Below are positions 48,960 through 62,228 of a stretch of 64,000 bases of DNA, in pieces. Origin of the DNA: Marsupella aquatica (Eukaryota > Plantae > Marchantiophyta); the NCBI GenBank assembly GCA_973895155.1, contig OZ316896.1, positions 6,774,132 to 6,838,131 on the forward strand, read 5' to 3'. The notes beneath the pieces were generated by a model. The model was not told the origin of the DNA and did not search any database. It saw only the letters and a list, made by a program, of their open reading frames with translations. How positions within the stretch are numbered: position 1 is the first letter of the stretch; each line of letters opens with the position of its first letter. Position numbers and translations under genes: made by a program.

Positions 48960-49814
48960 TCAATTGTGTATTAAGTTTGATACTTGACTGGACAATTTGT
49001 CAAGCAACTTGTATACTTGCTTAACTTTTGGTGAAATTGTGGAAATATCTGGTACTTGCTTCTTTTTCTTGGTTTTTGCTTTTTCAAATTCAGAGCTAGA
49101 GCTGGTTTCATCATTTGAAGAACTAGGTGTTGTCCTTTTAGTGTTCTCTTCACTGCTGTTGTCACTCCCCTCGTCTGACATGGATTCTGATTCAGAATTG
49201 AGTTTCTTTTTCTTTTTCTTCTTAATATATTTCTTGAGCTCTTTTTTCAATCTTTTCTTTCCAGACACTTCTGAATCAACATATTTCTGTGCTGCAGCTA
49301 AAGCTTCTCCATATGTGGTTCCACCTTCTCTTCTCACATATCTTGCAATTCTAGATGGCAGTCCATTTATGAACCAATCTCTGACTGTTGATTTTGATGT
49401 AGCCGGGTTGTATTTGTCAACTAACTCTTCCAGCTTATCTGCATATTTCCGAACAGATCCATACTTGTTCATTTTTAAATAAGAAATTTTTGTGAAGGCT
49501 CTTGCTGCTGCCCCATCTTCTTTGTATTTCTCTAAAAATGCAGCTTTTGTCTTTGTCCAGTCATTTTTATCTAAAAATCGATGATGCCACTTTTGTGCTC
49601 CTTTCTTCATAAGTCCTCCAAAAATGCTTGCCTTCTCAGCGTCTTGGCTATGTCCATTTGAAATTGCAGTAGCTTCAAACTCCTTTAAGTAGGTCTCTGC
49701 ATCCTCTTTAGATGTCCCTTTGAAGGTGTCATAGCGAATATTATTCCGGGCCATGTTGATCAAATGAGTAGGAAGAAATAAACTAGGCTGTGAAGGAGTG
49801 GCATTGAGATTCAA
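48960..49814 (-). CDS. gag: Retrotransposon Gag (capsid), unit 1; likely start MARNN at 49754
   Basis: FKGTSKEDAETYLKEFE, AQKW, DWTKTKAAFLEKY, SVRKYADKL, WFINGLP; K/S-rich tail, no zinc knuckle. Confidence 0.88.
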   Translation of the reverse strand: MNLNATPSQPSLFLPTHLINMARNNIRYDTFKGTSKEDAETYLKEFEATAISNGHSQDAEKASIFGGLMKKGAQKWHHRFLDKNDWTKTKAAFLEKYKEDGAAARAFTKISYLKMNKYGSVRKYADKLEELVDKYNPATSKSTVRDWFINGLPSRIARYVRREGGTTYGEALAAAQKYVDSEVSGKKRLKKELKKYIKKKKKKKLNSESESMSDEGSDNSSEENTKRTTPSSSNDETSSSSEFEKAKTKKKKQVPDISTISPKVKQVYKLLDKLSSQVSNLIHN

Positions 49815-50234
49815 TCAGGTGGAGGAATCTTTTAGGTGCAGATGAGGCTCCTTGTTTCTTCTTCCAAATTGGTTGACTATTCTCACTCAGATATCCCTTA
49901 TCTTGACTACCTGTGTCTTTTTTATAATTTGAATAGAGACCGCCTTAAGCTCTCCCATAATTTTTGTTTAACTCTCATCAGTCCAAATGAGGGAGAATTG
50001 GGGTGAGCTCTAAGTGTGGTGCTAGTGTCACGGAAAACACTAACATTGTCTCTCATTTCTTGATCTGGTGTAACATCTCTGATCAATCTTCCTGCAAGTC
50101 TAACTGGAAGTGCAAAAGCATTTCAATCGGATGGTGTTAGTTTATTCGTGGTAGCCATGGTCAAGGTTCACAGGATTGTTGACTCAAGGTAGCTCTCTCC
50201 TCATGAATTCAGGAAAATGGGACTTTGCAATTTG

Positions 50235-50475
50235 CTGAAGATTTGAATAGTCATATTGGTTAACTCTTTGGAGCTCTGAAGGGTCGTCATCTCGTAGCTT
50301 TCTTTGTCAGAGACTGAAGGAATGCGCTCTGCACATTTGTATCAGTCTGAAGATTTGAATAGTTATATTGGTTAACTCTTTGGAGCTCTGAAGGGTCGTC
50401 ATCTCGTAGCTTTCTTTGTCAGAGACTGAAGGAATGCGCTCTGCACATTTGTATCAGTCTGAAGATTTGAATAGT
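50235..50475. repeat. 112-bp direct duplication inside each unit (also +5067, +10134)
   Basis: ctgaagatttgaatagt at 50235, 50347, 50459. Confidence 0.92.
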
Positions 50476-52067
50476 TGCTGATTTTTCTTCGCGTCGTGAC
50501 TTCCAATTTCGCTTCCCTTTGTCAGTCATTCCTCATTCTGAAAGACATTTCTTTTGGAGGAGAGTTGGTGCGGGTGCATTCTTGGAGATCCTTGGTTTAC
50601 AAGAGGCAGCTTCAATGGTCGCACCGTTCCGTCATTTCTCAAATCCACGCCCTTTCAAGTTTGCTCGATCCATGGCTTGTATGCCCCTTTGTTGACACTT
50701 CTCTGCATATGGTGTCCGCAAGCGTTGTGTCGTTTCATCGAGTTCTCGGCGAGGTGCGTCTCTTCCGTGTGTCCCGTCAACTTGTAACCCTTCAACTAGT
50801 AAACACTTAACTTGTAAACTCGTAAAGTCATAATCGTCACGACGCTTACCCGTAACTCGTAAGGGTTAACCCGCAATGCCTTATCCCCTCGTATCTCGGC
50901 GAGTCCTTAGTAGCAAAGTACCCTTTCCACTTCAGATTTCTCACTGCTTTAGCTAACCTACTTTATCTGTGCCTCCGATTTTGTCTTTGCATCAATGTAC
51001 TAGCTAAGTCTTGTATAGAAATCACTATATATTCCTCTCTTGTAATTCTTCCATTTAGCCTTAATATAACCAAATGTAGATTTACTCGTTCCCACCAAGT
51101 AATAGATAGCCAATTATGAACTCCATACTACATCTCACACTTAACACCAAAGTTTGCGCATATCTATTGTGCAAGATGGCATAAGATATTCTAAAAAAAA
51201 TAAAATCTCCAACTATTTATCTATGGCTTTTGCCGCCTAATTTTCCTAACAGTCTATCAAATTGGTTGCACTTTTATCTAAGTCGACTTCTCATAATGTA
51301 AGAAGTTCATACTCTTCCTATACTATAGATTTAATTGACCAAAGTGAACTGTCTCTTAATTTCCTATCTTTCTTCTCTACAATTATGGTAAGTTAAAGTC
51401 TACCAGCTCTCTTGATTTAATTAAATCAGACTTAATCCCTCCTCTAAAAGTAGCTTCTTCCTACCACAACTTAGGAAGTCATGCTATAATTAAAGTCCTC
51501 CTAACAATCATATGGAGACTTTACTCAATCTCCTTTCTTAATTCCAAAGCATTGCTTTTTAAGCACTTTTAAGCCTCTTCTTCTTAGCCTTCATTTTTCT
51601 CCTTCCTCTCATAACAAGGAGAACTCCTTCTCGAATTACCTCTGCAAATGCAGCTGGTGCATCTGTGAAAGTGTAAGGTCGAGCTTCCAAAACTTGAATT
51701 GACCATTCTTCATATGTATCCATAAGGAATATTTCTTTCTGTAATTTCTCAATCAATTCAATTCTGAAATTTGACATCCACTGCCTGCATATCATATTAC
51801 CCCTTCTCCAAGAGATAAACAATGAAGTCTTGAGAAAGATGTCCTTTCTATAAGAGGAATGGCCTTCCCTCCTATATCCATTCATCTTTCTCCCTTGGTT
51901 ATAATAGAGTTAAAATCAGAGTAGAGATAACTTCCTCCTAAATGGAATTGGCCTAACTCCACTTACAATGGTTACTCTCTTTCTCCCTGGCCTGAAAATC
52001 TCTCTTAAAATCCAAGGCTTCTAATTTGGTCATTCACTGCCTAATGTCAAACCATTCCTGAATCTGT

Positions 52068-52085
52068 TCCCCGGCAGCGGCGCCA
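52068..52085 (-). other. Primer binding site, tRNA-Asp type (also 57135-57152, 62202-62219)
   Basis: TGGCGCCGCTGCCGGGGA, one mismatch from the Athila PBS TGGCGCCGTTGCCGGGGA, 9 nt after the LTR end. Confidence 0.88.
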
Positions 52086-52094
52086 AAAATCTCA

Positions 52095-53937
52095 TGTAGT
52101 TTGCCATAGAGAACCAAAAATCACATTTTAAAGTCTCCAAACTCGGTATTCGTTCCCTTTAAGAACAAGATGGGGTTGGTTTGATGTAATAAACTAAAAA
52201 CAAAGCTTTAAGCTCTTGTGTCACACATAGTAATCAATCTTGACTACTTTAATCAGGTACTTTGAAGATCGCTCCACAGCGGTGAATAGTTTTTGATGAT
52301 AACTCAACATCAGATAACCTTCAATTAAGCAAAAGATTGCAATTAACAAAACACAAGGAAAAATCTCTCAGAGTATGCTTAAGGGAGTCTGGAATAGACC
52401 AAGGTTACTCCTTAGACATAAGTAATAATGTAATGACTTTAAAGGAATCCAAATCCACACGGCTTTTCAGATCTAAACTGCATACTAGAGTATCCTTTTA
52501 AAATGCTGGCAACATGTCTTGACCTTTCTTCCTAAGTGATACTTAGTCAAGATCTAAAAGGATAAATACTTCAGCATTTAGATGGTACTAAGCAACATGA
52601 AGGTGAAAACATCATTTCCAATGCAACTTAAACTCAATGAGTTAACTCTAAGAACTTGTGAGATTACAATGTGTCACCAAAGCGGAATCTGACATTATAA
52701 TTCACGAGATTCATAACTGAGGTTTTACTTCAAGTATTTGGGTTCCAAAATACAAGAAGGAGGTAAGTCTCTCCAAATGTTAAACCTGATCTCGAACTCA
52801 TAGATTCATGATCAACTAGTTTAACACAAGGGAGAGGCAAAACTGCAAAACTTAACCATCTCTCTACACTAGGGGAAGAGGTATAAATAGTGATGAACTA
52901 CAGAATAAGAGGTCACAGGGTCGAAGAGACATGCCTCTTCATACCCCTCAAAATTTTAAAATGGCGATTCAGTAAGTGAAAAGCCGGAAAAATGGCTAAG
53001 TATGAACTCTTAAACTCTTAAAAACTTAAACTCTTAAAAACGTAAAAACTTAAACTCTTAAACTCTTAATTTCGGTATACTAAAAATTGAGTAGATTCAA
53101 CTATTTTTAACTTTCTACTCCTGGTTCGGAAAACTCTGAAATTTTTCCAGTAGGGTTTCCTAGGTACAGACTACAGCCTAAAGAAGTATGACAGCTTCTA
53201 AAGCTCTACAACACATTTAGAAAAATTGGTAAAAGTACTATACTTTTCAATACTAGCTAAAAAGATAGTCTCCTTCAAGCTTGTTGTCGAATATCATCGG
53301 GTTCGAGCAGCTCCACGTAGGTGACAGTCCGATTCTGTGTTACCTCCATCAGCTCAGTCTGACGTGGTGATCCTCGAGAGTAGGGTAGGCACCTTAGTTG
53401 TCTCTCAGGATACATCAAAGGCATTCGCTTCATCAAATAACAGGAATCTATACGAAGAGCTTCTCTGTATATCCCTAGTACATCATAGTTGTTGCAGGTG
53501 GCAGCATACACTTGAGGATAGTGATGCAGAAACTCATCACTATTCATCATCCTGGAATAGAAGGGTCGAAGTCTCCATTTGACATCTCTGAAATACCGGT
53601 TGAAGCTGGGCAGAGTTTGAGAGGTAAGGTGGAAGAGAAGTCAGTAATGAGCGCCTATGTCTTGCATTCCTTCCCTTTCAAGGTGAGCTCTTCATCCGTT
53701 GTGGAGTCCCGTTGAACTAGTTGTAAGATGTCACGATCACAGAGTCGCCAAATCTTAAGGTGTAACTCGTAAAGCAGTGAACTAGTAAACTCGTAAACTG
53801 AGTTTACTCGTAACTTAGGAACTTAGTAACTTTGAATGCTGTTTTAGTTACAGTTAGCAATAATTGCAGTCTAAACACCGTAAAAAATTTAAAAATTTTC
53901 AGTTTCTTCATGCTTTTGGAATTACCCACTACTTACA
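52095..53937 (-). repeat. LTR 2 (shared)
   Basis: Copy of 47028-48870 with PBS on one side and PPT on the other. Confidence 0.9.
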
Positions 53938-54026
53938 TAGCCCTCTCCTCAAGCGGCGCCGTGCCCTCACAAGCCTTTCTGAAGTCTTCCACCAGAACTA
54001 AATCGCCTTTGAAATGCACATTGGTT

Positions 54027-54881
54027 TCAATTGTGTATTAAGTTTGATACTTGACTGGACAATTTGTCAAGCAACTTGTATACTTGCTTAACTTTTGGTG
54101 AAATTGTGGAAATATCTGGTACTTGCTTCTTTTTCTTGGTTTTTGCTTTTTCAAATTCAGAGCTAGAGCTGGTTTCATCATTTGAAGAACTAGGTGTTGT
54201 CCTTTTAGTGTTCTCTTCACTGCTGTTGTCACTCCCCTCGTCTGACATGGATTCTGATTCAGAATTGAGTTTCTTTTTCTTTTTCTTCTTAATATATTTC
54301 TTGAGCTCTTTTTTCAATCTTTTCTTTCCAGACACTTCTGAATCAACATATTTCTGTGCTGCAGCTAAAGCTTCTCCATATGTGGTTCCACCTTCTCTTC
54401 TCACATATCTTGCAATTCTAGATGGCAGTCCATTTATGAACCAATCTCTGACTGTTGATTTTGATGTAGCCGGGTTGTATTTGTCAACTAACTCTTCCAG
54501 CTTATCTGCATATTTCCGAACAGATCCATACTTGTTCATTTTTAAATAAGAAATTTTTGTGAAGGCTCTTGCTGCTGCCCCATCTTCTTTGTATTTCTCT
54601 AAAAATGCAGCTTTTGTCTTTGTCCAGTCATTTTTATCTAAAAATCGATGATGCCACTTTTGTGCTCCTTTCTTCATAAGTCCTCCAAAAATGCTTGCCT
54701 TCTCAGCGTCTTGGCTATGTCCATTTGAAATTGCAGTAGCTTCAAACTCCTTTAAGTAGGTCTCTGCATCCTCTTTAGATGTCCCTTTGAAGGTGTCATA
54801 GCGAATATTATTCCGGGCCATGTTGATCAAATGAGTAGGAAGAAATAAACTAGGCTGTGAAGGAGTGGCATTGAGATTCAA
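54027..54881 (-). CDS. gag: Gag, unit 2
   Basis: Identical translation to unit 1. Confidence 0.88.
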   Translation of the reverse strand: MNLNATPSQPSLFLPTHLINMARNNIRYDTFKGTSKEDAETYLKEFEATAISNGHSQDAEKASIFGGLMKKGAQKWHHRFLDKNDWTKTKAAFLEKYKEDGAAARAFTKISYLKMNKYGSVRKYADKLEELVDKYNPATSKSTVRDWFINGLPSRIARYVRREGGTTYGEALAAAQKYVDSEVSGKKRLKKELKKYIKKKKKKKLNSESESMSDEGSDNSSEENTKRTTPSSSNDETSSSSEFEKAKTKKKKQVPDISTISPKVKQVYKLLDKLSSQVSNLIHN

Positions 54882-57161
54882 TCAGGTGGAGGAATCTTTT
54901 AGGTGCAGATGAGGCTCCTTGTTTCTTCTTCCAAATTGGTTGACTATTCTCACTCAGATATCCCTTATCTTGACTACCTGTGTCTTTTTTATAATTTGAA
55001 TAGAGACCGCCTTAAGCTCTCCCATAATTTTTGTTTAACTCTCATCAGTCCAAATGAGGGAGAATTGGGGTGAGCTCTAAGTGTGGTGCTAGTGTCACGG
55101 AAAACACTAACATTGTCTCTCATTTCTTGATCTGGTGTAACATCTCTGATCAATCTTCCTGCAAGTCTAACTGGAAGTGCAAAAGCATTTCAATCGGATG
55201 GTGTTAGTTTATTCGTGGTAGCCATGGTCAAGGTTCACAGGATTGTTGACTCAAGGTAGCTCTCTCCTCATGAATTCAGGAAAATGGGACTTTGCAATTT
55301 GCTGAAGATTTGAATAGTCATATTGGTTAACTCTTTGGAGCTCTGAAGGGTCGTCATCTCGTAGCTTTCTTTGTCAGAGACTGAAGGAATGCGCTCTGCA
55401 CATTTGTATCAGTCTGAAGATTTGAATAGTTATATTGGTTAACTCTTTGGAGCTCTGAAGGGTCGTCATCTCGTAGCTTTCTTTGTCAGAGACTGAAGGA
55501 ATGCGCTCTGCACATTTGTATCAGTCTGAAGATTTGAATAGTTGCTGATTTTTCTTCGCGTCGTGACTTCCAATTTCGCTTCCCTTTGTCAGTCATTCCT
55601 CATTCTGAAAGACATTTCTTTTGGAGGAGAGTTGGTGCGGGTGCATTCTTGGAGATCCTTGGTTTACAAGAGGCAGCTTCAATGGTCGCACCGTTCCGTC
55701 ATTTCTCAAATCCACGCCCTTTCAAGTTTGCTCGATCCATGGCTTGTATGCCCCTTTGTTGACACTTCTCTGCATATGGTGTCCGCAAGCGTTGTGTCGT
55801 TTCATCGAGTTCTCGGCGAGGTGCGTCTCTTCCGTGTGTCCCGTCAACTTGTAACCCTTCAACTAGTAAACACTTAACTTGTAAACTCGTAAAGTCATAA
55901 TCGTCACGACGCTTACCCGTAACTCGTAAGGGTTAACCCGCAATGCCTTATCCCCTCGTATCTCGGCGAGTCCTTAGTAGCAAAGTACCCTTTCCACTTC
56001 AGATTTCTCACTGCTTTAGCTAACCTACTTTATCTGTGCCTCCGATTTTGTCTTTGCATCAATGTACTAGCTAAGTCTTGTATAGAAATCACTATATATT
56101 CCTCTCTTGTAATTCTTCCATTTAGCCTTAATATAACCAAATGTAGATTTACTCGTTCCCACCAAGTAATAGATAGCCAATTATGAACTCCATACTACAT
56201 CTCACACTTAACACCAAAGTTTGCGCATATCTATTGTGCAAGATGGCATAAGATATTCTAAAAAAAATAAAATCTCCAACTATTTATCTATGGCTTTTGC
56301 CGCCTAATTTTCCTAACAGTCTATCAAATTGGTTGCACTTTTATCTAAGTCGACTTCTCATAATGTAAGAAGTTCATACTCTTCCTATACTATAGATTTA
56401 ATTGACCAAAGTGAACTGTCTCTTAATTTCCTATCTTTCTTCTCTACAATTATGGTAAGTTAAAGTCTACCAGCTCTCTTGATTTAATTAAATCAGACTT
56501 AATCCCTCCTCTAAAAGTAGCTTCTTCCTACCACAACTTAGGAAGTCATGCTATAATTAAAGTCCTCCTAACAATCATATGGAGACTTTACTCAATCTCC
56601 TTTCTTAATTCCAAAGCATTGCTTTTTAAGCACTTTTAAGCCTCTTCTTCTTAGCCTTCATTTTTCTCCTTCCTCTCATAACAAGGAGAACTCCTTCTCG
56701 AATTACCTCTGCAAATGCAGCTGGTGCATCTGTGAAAGTGTAAGGTCGAGCTTCCAAAACTTGAATTGACCATTCTTCATATGTATCCATAAGGAATATT
56801 TCTTTCTGTAATTTCTCAATCAATTCAATTCTGAAATTTGACATCCACTGCCTGCATATCATATTACCCCTTCTCCAAGAGATAAACAATGAAGTCTTGA
56901 GAAAGATGTCCTTTCTATAAGAGGAATGGCCTTCCCTCCTATATCCATTCATCTTTCTCCCTTGGTTATAATAGAGTTAAAATCAGAGTAGAGATAACTT
57001 CCTCCTAAATGGAATTGGCCTAACTCCACTTACAATGGTTACTCTCTTTCTCCCTGGCCTGAAAATCTCTCTTAAAATCCAAGGCTTCTAATTTGGTCAT
57101 TCACTGCCTAATGTCAAACCATTCCTGAATCTGTTCCCCGGCAGCGGCGCCAAAAATCTCA

Positions 57162-59004
57162 TGTAGTTTGCCATAGAGAACCAAAAATCACATTTTAAAG
57201 TCTCCAAACTCGGTATTCGTTCCCTTTAAGAACAAGATGGGGTTGGTTTGATGTAATAAACTAAAAACAAAGCTTTAAGCTCTTGTGTCACACATAGTAA
57301 TCAATCTTGACTACTTTAATCAGGTACTTTGAAGATCGCTCCACAGCGGTGAATAGTTTTTGATGATAACTCAACATCAGATAACCTTCAATTAAGCAAA
57401 AGATTGCAATTAACAAAACACAAGGAAAAATCTCTCAGAGTATGCTTAAGGGAGTCTGGAATAGACCAAGGTTACTCCTTAGACATAAGTAATAATGTAA
57501 TGACTTTAAAGGAATCCAAATCCACACGGCTTTTCAGATCTAAACTGCATACTAGAGTATCCTTTTAAAATGCTGGCAACATGTCTTGACCTTTCTTCCT
57601 AAGTGATACTTAGTCAAGATCTAAAAGGATAAATACTTCAGCATTTAGATGGTACTAAGCAACATGAAGGTGAAAACATCATTTCCAATGCAACTTAAAC
57701 TCAATGAGTTAACTCTAAGAACTTGTGAGATTACAATGTGTCACCAAAGCGGAATCTGACATTATAATTCACGAGATTCATAACTGAGGTTTTACTTCAA
57801 GTATTTGGGTTCCAAAATACAAGAAGGAGGTAAGTCTCTCCAAATGTTAAACCTGATCTCGAACTCATAGATTCATGATCAACTAGTTTAACACAAGGGA
57901 GAGGCAAAACTGCAAAACTTAACCATCTCTCTACACTAGGGGAAGAGGTATAAATAGTGATGAACTACAGAATAAGAGGTCACAGGGTCGAAGAGACATG
58001 CCTCTTCATACCCCTCAAAATTTTAAAATGGCGATTCAGTAAGTGAAAAGCCGGAAAAATGGCTAAGTATGAACTCTTAAACTCTTAAAAACTTAAACTC
58101 TTAAAAACGTAAAAACTTAAACTCTTAAACTCTTAATTTCGGTATACTAAAAATTGAGTAGATTCAACTATTTTTAACTTTCTACTCCTGGTTCGGAAAA
58201 CTCTGAAATTTTTCCAGTAGGGTTTCCTAGGTACAGACTACAGCCTAAAGAAGTATGACAGCTTCTAAAGCTCTACAACACATTTAGAAAAATTGGTAAA
58301 AGTACTATACTTTTCAATACTAGCTAAAAAGATAGTCTCCTTCAAGCTTGTTGTCGAATATCATCGGGTTCGAGCAGCTCCACGTAGGTGACAGTCCGAT
58401 TCTGTGTTACCTCCATCAGCTCAGTCTGACGTGGTGATCCTCGAGAGTAGGGTAGGCACCTTAGTTGTCTCTCAGGATACATCAAAGGCATTCGCTTCAT
58501 CAAATAACAGGAATCTATACGAAGAGCTTCTCTGTATATCCCTAGTACATCATAGTTGTTGCAGGTGGCAGCATACACTTGAGGATAGTGATGCAGAAAC
58601 TCATCACTATTCATCATCCTGGAATAGAAGGGTCGAAGTCTCCATTTGACATCTCTGAAATACCGGTTGAAGCTGGGCAGAGTTTGAGAGGTAAGGTGGA
58701 AGAGAAGTCAGTAATGAGCGCCTATGTCTTGCATTCCTTCCCTTTCAAGGTGAGCTCTTCATCCGTTGTGGAGTCCCGTTGAACTAGTTGTAAGATGTCA
58801 CGATCACAGAGTCGCCAAATCTTAAGGTGTAACTCGTAAAGCAGTGAACTAGTAAACTCGTAAACTGAGTTTACTCGTAACTTAGGAACTTAGTAACTTT
58901 GAATGCTGTTTTAGTTACAGTTAGCAATAATTGCAGTCTAAACACCGTAAAAAATTTAAAAATTTTCAGTTTCTTCATGCTTTTGGAATTACCCACTACT
59001 TACA
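57162..59004 (-). repeat. LTR 3 (shared)
   Basis: As LTR 2. Confidence 0.9.
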
Positions 59005-59093
59005 TAGCCCTCTCCTCAAGCGGCGCCGTGCCCTCACAAGCCTTTCTGAAGTCTTCCACCAGAACTAAATCGCCTTTGAAATGCACATTGGTT

Positions 59094-59948
59094 TCAATTG
59101 TGTATTAAGTTTGATACTTGACTGGACAATTTGTCAAGCAACTTGTATACTTGCTTAACTTTTGGTGAAATTGTGGAAATATCTGGTACTTGCTTCTTTT
59201 TCTTGGTTTTTGCTTTTTCAAATTCAGAGCTAGAGCTGGTTTCATCATTTGAAGAACTAGGTGTTGTCCTTTTAGTGTTCTCTTCACTGCTGTTGTCACT
59301 CCCCTCGTCTGACATGGATTCTGATTCAGAATTGAGTTTCTTTTTCTTTTTCTTCTTAATATATTTCTTGAGCTCTTTTTTCAATCTTTTCTTTCCAGAC
59401 ACTTCTGAATCAACATATTTCTGTGCTGCAGCTAAAGCTTCTCCATATGTGGTTCCACCTTCTCTTCTCACATATCTTGCAATTCTAGATGGCAGTCCAT
59501 TTATGAACCAATCTCTGACTGTTGATTTTGATGTAGCCGGGTTGTATTTGTCAACTAACTCTTCCAGCTTATCTGCATATTTCCGAACAGATCCATACTT
59601 GTTCATTTTTAAATAAGAAATTTTTGTGAAGGCTCTTGCTGCTGCCCCATCTTCTTTGTATTTCTCTAAAAATGCAGCTTTTGTCTTTGTCCAGTCATTT
59701 TTATCTAAAAATCGATGATGCCACTTTTGTGCTCCTTTCTTCATAAGTCCTCCAAAAATGCTTGCCTTCTCAGCGTCTTGGCTATGTCCATTTGAAATTG
59801 CAGTAGCTTCAAACTCCTTTAAGTAGGTCTCTGCATCCTCTTTAGATGTCCCTTTGAAGGTGTCATAGCGAATATTATTCCGGGCCATGTTGATCAAATG
59901 AGTAGGAAGAAATAAACTAGGCTGTGAAGGAGTGGCATTGAGATTCAA
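59094..59948 (-). CDS. gag: Gag, unit 3
   Basis: Identical translation to unit 1. Confidence 0.88.
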   Translation of the reverse strand: MNLNATPSQPSLFLPTHLINMARNNIRYDTFKGTSKEDAETYLKEFEATAISNGHSQDAEKASIFGGLMKKGAQKWHHRFLDKNDWTKTKAAFLEKYKEDGAAARAFTKISYLKMNKYGSVRKYADKLEELVDKYNPATSKSTVRDWFINGLPSRIARYVRREGGTTYGEALAAAQKYVDSEVSGKKRLKKELKKYIKKKKKKKLNSESESMSDEGSDNSSEENTKRTTPSSSNDETSSSSEFEKAKTKKKKQVPDISTISPKVKQVYKLLDKLSSQVSNLIHN

Positions 59949-62228
59949 TCAGGTGGAGGAATCTTTTAGGTGCAGATGAGGCTCCTTGTTTCTTCTTCCA
60001 AATTGGTTGACTATTCTCACTCAGATATCCCTTATCTTGACTACCTGTGTCTTTTTTATAATTTGAATAGAGACCGCCTTAAGCTCTCCCATAATTTTTG
60101 TTTAACTCTCATCAGTCCAAATGAGGGAGAATTGGGGTGAGCTCTAAGTGTGGTGCTAGTGTCACGGAAAACACTAACATTGTCTCTCATTTCTTGATCT
60201 GGTGTAACATCTCTGATCAATCTTCCTGCAAGTCTAACTGGAAGTGCAAAAGCATTTCAATCGGATGGTGTTAGTTTATTCGTGGTAGCCATGGTCAAGG
60301 TTCACAGGATTGTTGACTCAAGGTAGCTCTCTCCTCATGAATTCAGGAAAATGGGACTTTGCAATTTGCTGAAGATTTGAATAGTCATATTGGTTAACTC
60401 TTTGGAGCTCTGAAGGGTCGTCATCTCGTAGCTTTCTTTGTCAGAGACTGAAGGAATGCGCTCTGCACATTTGTATCAGTCTGAAGATTTGAATAGTTAT
60501 ATTGGTTAACTCTTTGGAGCTCTGAAGGGTCGTCATCTCGTAGCTTTCTTTGTCAGAGACTGAAGGAATGCGCTCTGCACATTTGTATCAGTCTGAAGAT
60601 TTGAATAGTTGCTGATTTTTCTTCGCGTCGTGACTTCCAATTTCGCTTCCCTTTGTCAGTCATTCCTCATTCTGAAAGACATTTCTTTTGGAGGAGAGTT
60701 GGTGCGGGTGCATTCTTGGAGATCCTTGGTTTACAAGAGGCAGCTTCAATGGTCGCACCGTTCCGTCATTTCTCAAATCCACGCCCTTTCAAGTTTGCTC
60801 GATCCATGGCTTGTATGCCCCTTTGTTGACACTTCTCTGCATATGGTGTCCGCAAGCGTTGTGTCGTTTCATCGAGTTCTCGGCGAGGTGCGTCTCTTCC
60901 GTGTGTCCCGTCAACTTGTAACCCTTCAACTAGTAAACACTTAACTTGTAAACTCGTAAAGTCATAATCGTCACGACGCTTACCCGTAACTCGTAAGGGT
61001 TAACCCGCAATGCCTTATCCCCTCGTATCTCGGCGAGTCCTTAGTAGCAAAGTACCCTTTCCACTTCAGATTTCTCACTGCTTTAGCTAACCTACTTTAT
61101 CTGTGCCTCCGATTTTGTCTTTGCATCAATGTACTAGCTAAGTCTTGTATAGAAATCACTATATATTCCTCTCTTGTAATTCTTCCATTTAGCCTTAATA
61201 TAACCAAATGTAGATTTACTCGTTCCCACCAAGTAATAGATAGCCAATTATGAACTCCATACTACATCTCACACTTAACACCAAAGTTTGCGCATATCTA
61301 TTGTGCAAGATGGCATAAGATATTCTAAAAAAAATAAAATCTCCAACTATTTATCTATGGCTTTTGCCGCCTAATTTTCCTAACAGTCTATCAAATTGGT
61401 TGCACTTTTATCTAAGTCGACTTCTCATAATGTAAGAAGTTCATACTCTTCCTATACTATAGATTTAATTGACCAAAGTGAACTGTCTCTTAATTTCCTA
61501 TCTTTCTTCTCTACAATTATGGTAAGTTAAAGTCTACCAGCTCTCTTGATTTAATTAAATCAGACTTAATCCCTCCTCTAAAAGTAGCTTCTTCCTACCA
61601 CAACTTAGGAAGTCATGCTATAATTAAAGTCCTCCTAACAATCATATGGAGACTTTACTCAATCTCCTTTCTTAATTCCAAAGCATTGCTTTTTAAGCAC
61701 TTTTAAGCCTCTTCTTCTTAGCCTTCATTTTTCTCCTTCCTCTCATAACAAGGAGAACTCCTTCTCGAATTACCTCTGCAAATGCAGCTGGTGCATCTGT
61801 GAAAGTGTAAGGTCGAGCTTCCAAAACTTGAATTGACCATTCTTCATATGTATCCATAAGGAATATTTCTTTCTGTAATTTCTCAATCAATTCAATTCTG
61901 AAATTTGACATCCACTGCCTGCATATCATATTACCCCTTCTCCAAGAGATAAACAATGAAGTCTTGAGAAAGATGTCCTTTCTATAAGAGGAATGGCCTT
62001 CCCTCCTATATCCATTCATCTTTCTCCCTTGGTTATAATAGAGTTAAAATCAGAGTAGAGATAACTTCCTCCTAAATGGAATTGGCCTAACTCCACTTAC
62101 AATGGTTACTCTCTTTCTCCCTGGCCTGAAAATCTCTCTTAAAATCCAAGGCTTCTAATTTGGTCATTCACTGCCTAATGTCAAACCATTCCTGAATCTG
62201 TTCCCCGGCAGCGGCGCCAAAAATCTCA

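Noticed and set aside
48208-48974. Short ORFs inside the LTR and ORF 51559-51885
   Set aside because: No recognisable motifs; recurrence merely reflects the tandem duplication
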